The position numbers and the translations under genes were made by a program. A stretch of DNA of 64,000 bases from Candidatus Sungiibacteriota bacterium (GTDB taxonomy: Bacteria > Patescibacteriota > Minisyncoccia > Sungbacterales > SURF-37), in assembly GCA_016186145.1 (NCBI GenBank), contig JACPMF010000009.1:17505-81504 (forward strand), read 5' to 3'. Shown here piece after piece: positions 61,149 through 64,000 of this stretch; position 1 is the stretch's first letter, and each line of letters opens with the position of its first letter. The notes beneath the pieces were generated by a model. It saw only the letters and a program-made list of their open reading frames with translations, had not been told where the DNA came from and made no database searches.

Positions 61149-62927
61149 TTATTTCAAAAATTTTGTTTTCGCCCCGTTGTGTTCCTCAAGAGTTTTTGAA
61201 AAAATCGTGCGCCCGTCTGGCGCCGAGAGATAGTAAAGATATGAAGACGGTTTAGGAAATATCGCCGCGCGTACCGCCGAAAGTCCGGGGTTCGCAATCG
61301 GACCAGGCGGGAGACCGCGATATTTGTATGTGTTGTAAAGGGAATCAATAGCGAGTTCCTCAAGCGAAACCTTTACCGAACGCTTCCCGGTAACATAAGA
61401 AACCGTTGCATCCACCTGCAACCCGATTCCCAACCCCAGCCGCTTCCATAAAATCCCGGAAACGAGCGCCCTGTCTTCATCGGAAACAACTTCTTTTTCA
61501 ATAAGCGATGCTATGGTTAAAATTTCGTAAAGCGTTTTCTTTTGACGCATAATTTCACCCCGAAGCTCTGGGGTTATTTTTTTATCAAAGTTTTCAAGCA
61601 TTTTTACCACTATCTCTTCTGCGGAAGTACTGCGAAAAATCCGATAGGTATCCGGAAAAAGATATCCTTCCAGATTCGCGCCCGCAGGGCGATCTCCAAG
61701 AAACAGAAACCGGTCAACCATCCTTCCCGGCAGGCTGTTCGCCTCGCGAAATTCACGGGGACTTCCGACAACACCAAAAAAAGCGTCTTTGCTAACAATC
61801 TCTTGCGTTTCAAAATAACCCGCAATATCTTGCAAGTTCCACCCTTCCGGGATTGTGATGGTAACTTCATTTGCAAACCGCTCGCCGGACTGAAGCCGAC
61901 TTGTAATTTCCGGAATCGTCGCGCCCTTTTCAAATTGATATCGCCCGTACTGTAGCATGCCCGCTTTTCCGCTCATCTCCACCCAAACAATAAAAAGCCA
62001 CTCGGAGCGCACAAGCCCGTTCTTTTTAAGCAGTCCGGCGATTTGCCGAATCCCCGCGCCTTCCGGGATTTCAATTTCTACTTTTCGCGCTTTCAGGGTA
62101 ACGGGGGCAAGAGTTACATAAGTAATGAAACTGAAAAACAAACTGATCACAAAAAGAATAATCGGCAAGCGGTAACACCCCTTTGCGGCTTTCTGCAATA
62201 TTTTGCCACCCGGTTCAATAGTCTGAACTATTGAACCAGATGATTCTTTGCTTATGTTTTTATGGTTGGCGACCAGAGGGACGAAAGAAAAACCCGGGAA
62301 CTCTTCTTCTTTCCATTCCGCATCCGACACTTTTGTAAACCTCCAAATTGACCCGCCAATTGGCGCAACTATTTTCCCACCGACCTTCAGCGCATCACGC
62401 CAAAGGGTAGGAATATCTTTGCTTGCAGTCGCACCGGCGATAATTTTGTCAAACGACCCCTCTGCCGGAACCACGGAGGTTGCATCTTCACAAAATATCC
62501 TTGCGCGATCTTCCGAAAAATATTTTTTGAGATTATTTTTTCCAAATTCGCAAAGCTTCTGTATCCGCTCTACGCCCACCACCCGCCCCGATAAACCAAC
62601 AAGTTCTGCAAGGAGCGCCGTAACCCACCCCGATCCTGATCCTATATCTAAAACCTTCTCCCCGAGTCGCGGATCTAAAAGCTCGAGCATGAATGCAACG
62701 GTCAGGGGCTGAGAAATCGTCTGTCCTTCGCCTATCGGCAGGGGATAATTGCCGTATGGCTTGTCTTTATATTCCGGTGAAACAAAATCTTTGCGATCAA
62801 CCGCCTTGAACGCCTCAATAATCCGGGGCGTTTTGAGATAGCCGGAAGAGTTCAGCTCTTCAACAAGTTTTTGCCAGCGCTCGTCCATATCCTTCATCGT
62901 AATTGAAAAATGCGCTGAAGCAAACAA
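61149..62927 (-). CDS. protein-L-isoaspartate O-methyltransferase / MltG endolytic transglycosylase fusion (start uncertain)
   Basis: GQTISQP, DIGSGSGW, FVPL, then TM, EGYLFPDTY, ASLIEKE, YNTY..GLPPGPI. Confidence 0.88.
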   Translation of the reverse strand: MFASAHFSITMKDMDERWQKLVEELNSSGYLKTPRIIEAFKAVDRKDFVSPEYKDKPYGNYPLPIGEGQTISQPLTVAFMLELLDPRLGEKVLDIGSGSGWVTALLAELVGLSGRVVGVERIQKLCEFGKNNLKKYFSEDRARIFCEDATSVVPAEGSFDKIIAGATASKDIPTLWRDALKVGGKIVAPIGGSIWRFTKVSDAEWKEEEFPGFSFVPLVANHKNISKESSGSIVQTIEPGGKILQKAAKGCYRLPIILFVISLFFSFITYVTLAPVTLKARKVEIEIPEGAGIRQIAGLLKKNGLVRSEWLFIVWVEMSGKAGMLQYGRYQFEKGATIPEITSRLQSGERFANEVTITIPEGWNLQDIAGYFETQEIVSKDAFFGVVGSPREFREANSLPGRMVDRFLFLGDRPAGANLEGYLFPDTYRIFRSTSAEEIVVKMLENFDKKITPELRGEIMRQKKTLYEILTIASLIEKEVVSDEDRALVSGILWKRLGLGIGLQVDATVSYVTGKRSVKVSLEELAIDSLYNTYKYRGLPPGPIANPGLSAVRAAIFPKPSSYLYYLSAPDGRTIFSKTLEEHNGAKTKFLK

Positions 62928-62959
62928 AAACGCCCCAAGGAAGGGGGCGCAAGTAGGTT

Positions 62960-64000
62960 TTACTTATTCTCCAACGATTTGAGCTGCTCTACACCGAGTC
63001 CGCTAATAAATTCATTGAGGATAACAAGGTTATCAATGCGAGGCTTCGACCGCTTGGCGCCATAGAACGCGCTCTCGGTCATGAAAATCCGCCCCTTCCT
63101 CGAAAGAATGCGCAGAAACCCGACGCCCTGATCAACAACCTTCATCTTATGACGCTCGAAGTTCGAGCCGTGCTTAATCGTACCGATTTGCTGGACCACG
63201 CACTGACCGAACGCCATGTCCCATTCTTCTACGTTTTCAGAAACATGGAAGTTTCCGCCTATTGCCACCTGACAACCCTGAAGTTTTGCGTAAGCCAGCA
63301 TTTGTTGAGGTCGAATAGAGGTTGTTAGAGTGCGAGACATGTGCGGATGCTGTACTGAAACCTTAAGGCCGGACGACAAAGTGAAAATTTCCTGCCGGTT
63401 AACCTTTTCCTCCACGACATCTCCGACCGAAGCGTGAGAGAAGCCGCACTTGGCAAGATGCCTCTCAATATTTTCCGTAAGAAACTGGACAAGCGTCATG
63501 TGAAAAAGCTCTAGTGGTTCATTTCCGAGTTCGGCCTCCCACAGATCGTGGTTACCAAGAATGTAGTAAAAGATAATCAGCGCTGAAGTAACCATATCAT
63601 GTAATTCGTTTTTATTTGGTTTCCTCTTGCCGTGCTTTTTAAGCAATCCGCCAAAGCGCTCGACGAAGACCTTGAACATGACGGTGCCAACAAGATGGGC
63701 GGCAAACTTTTCCTGAACCGAGTTGTTCATACCGGCAATAATTTCGCCCTTCTTCATCAAATCATGCTTCAAGCCCTCTTTTGTGTCTCCCGCATCCACC
63801 AGAACAGTGGCGCCGCGCTTCAAAATGATTTCGGGAAGTTCATTAACAAAAAAATCATAGTCGGTCTCGACAGAGCCGGCGTGCAAGCAGGCAAACGAAA
63901 CAATGCGGTCTTCCGCCCAAGGTCCGGAACCAAGCGAGTATTTCAGATTGTTTTGAATCCAGTGCGGATCGAAGAAATACTTTTTGCCGGGCTTCTGAAC
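62960..64000 (-). CDS. metallophosphoesterase-like protein (5' end beyond the window)
   Basis: DAGD, GNHD, HPH, GNFH motifs. Confidence 0.7.
   Translation of the reverse strand, partial: VQKPGKKYFFDPHWIQNNLKYSLGSGPWAEDRIVSFACLHAGSVETDYDFFVNELPEIILKRGATVLVDAGDTKEGLKHDLMKKGEIIAGMNNSVQEKFAAHLVGTVMFKVFVERFGGLLKKHGKRKPNKNELHDMVTSALIIFYYILGNHDLWEAELGNEPLELFHMTLVQFLTENIERHLAKCGFSHASVGDVVEEKVNRQEIFTLSSGLKVSVQHPHMSRTLTTSIRPQQMLAYAKLQGCQVAIGGNFHVSENVEEWDMAFGQCVVQQIGTIKHGSNFERHKMKVVDQGVGFLRILSRKGRIFMTESAFYGAKRSKPRIDNLVILNEFISGLGVEQLKSLENK

Overview
This window looks like chromosome from a small-genome bacterium, most consistent with Patescibacteria/Parcubacteria (CPR); that assignment is inferred from gene content and repeat style, not from a search. 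Housekeeping content: clpP end, gatAC, ligA, a type IV pilus/competence cluster (pilM-N-O, pilB, pilT, pilC, pilD, six pilin-like genes, comF), a thymidylate/nucleotide cluster (glyA, dNK, folA, thyA, dcd, dCMP deaminase), tsaC, yvcK, glmS, leuS, a Xer-family recombinase, rplS, rplJL, ftsEX, frameshifted prfB, a pcm-mltG fusion, six intact tRNAs and one split tRNA. Four things stand out. (1) A five-unit cassette array at 20.9-25.5 kb is built from repeated, divergent copies of the glyA 3' end, each followed by variable cargo gene(s), a conserved terminator and, in four units, a toxin-antitoxin-like pair. (2) A 50.1-52.9 kb locus holds several long, highly base-paired putative ncRNAs driven by consensus divergent promoters next to a TrmB regulator. 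(3) One tRNA-Arg is nested inside the anticodon loop of another. (4) Nested palindromic miniature elements are common, including ~116-bp MITEs with 4-bp target duplications, a slot-bearing intergenic element, and in-frame insertions in prepilin leaders and enzymes. All protein family calls come from motif recognition by eye.
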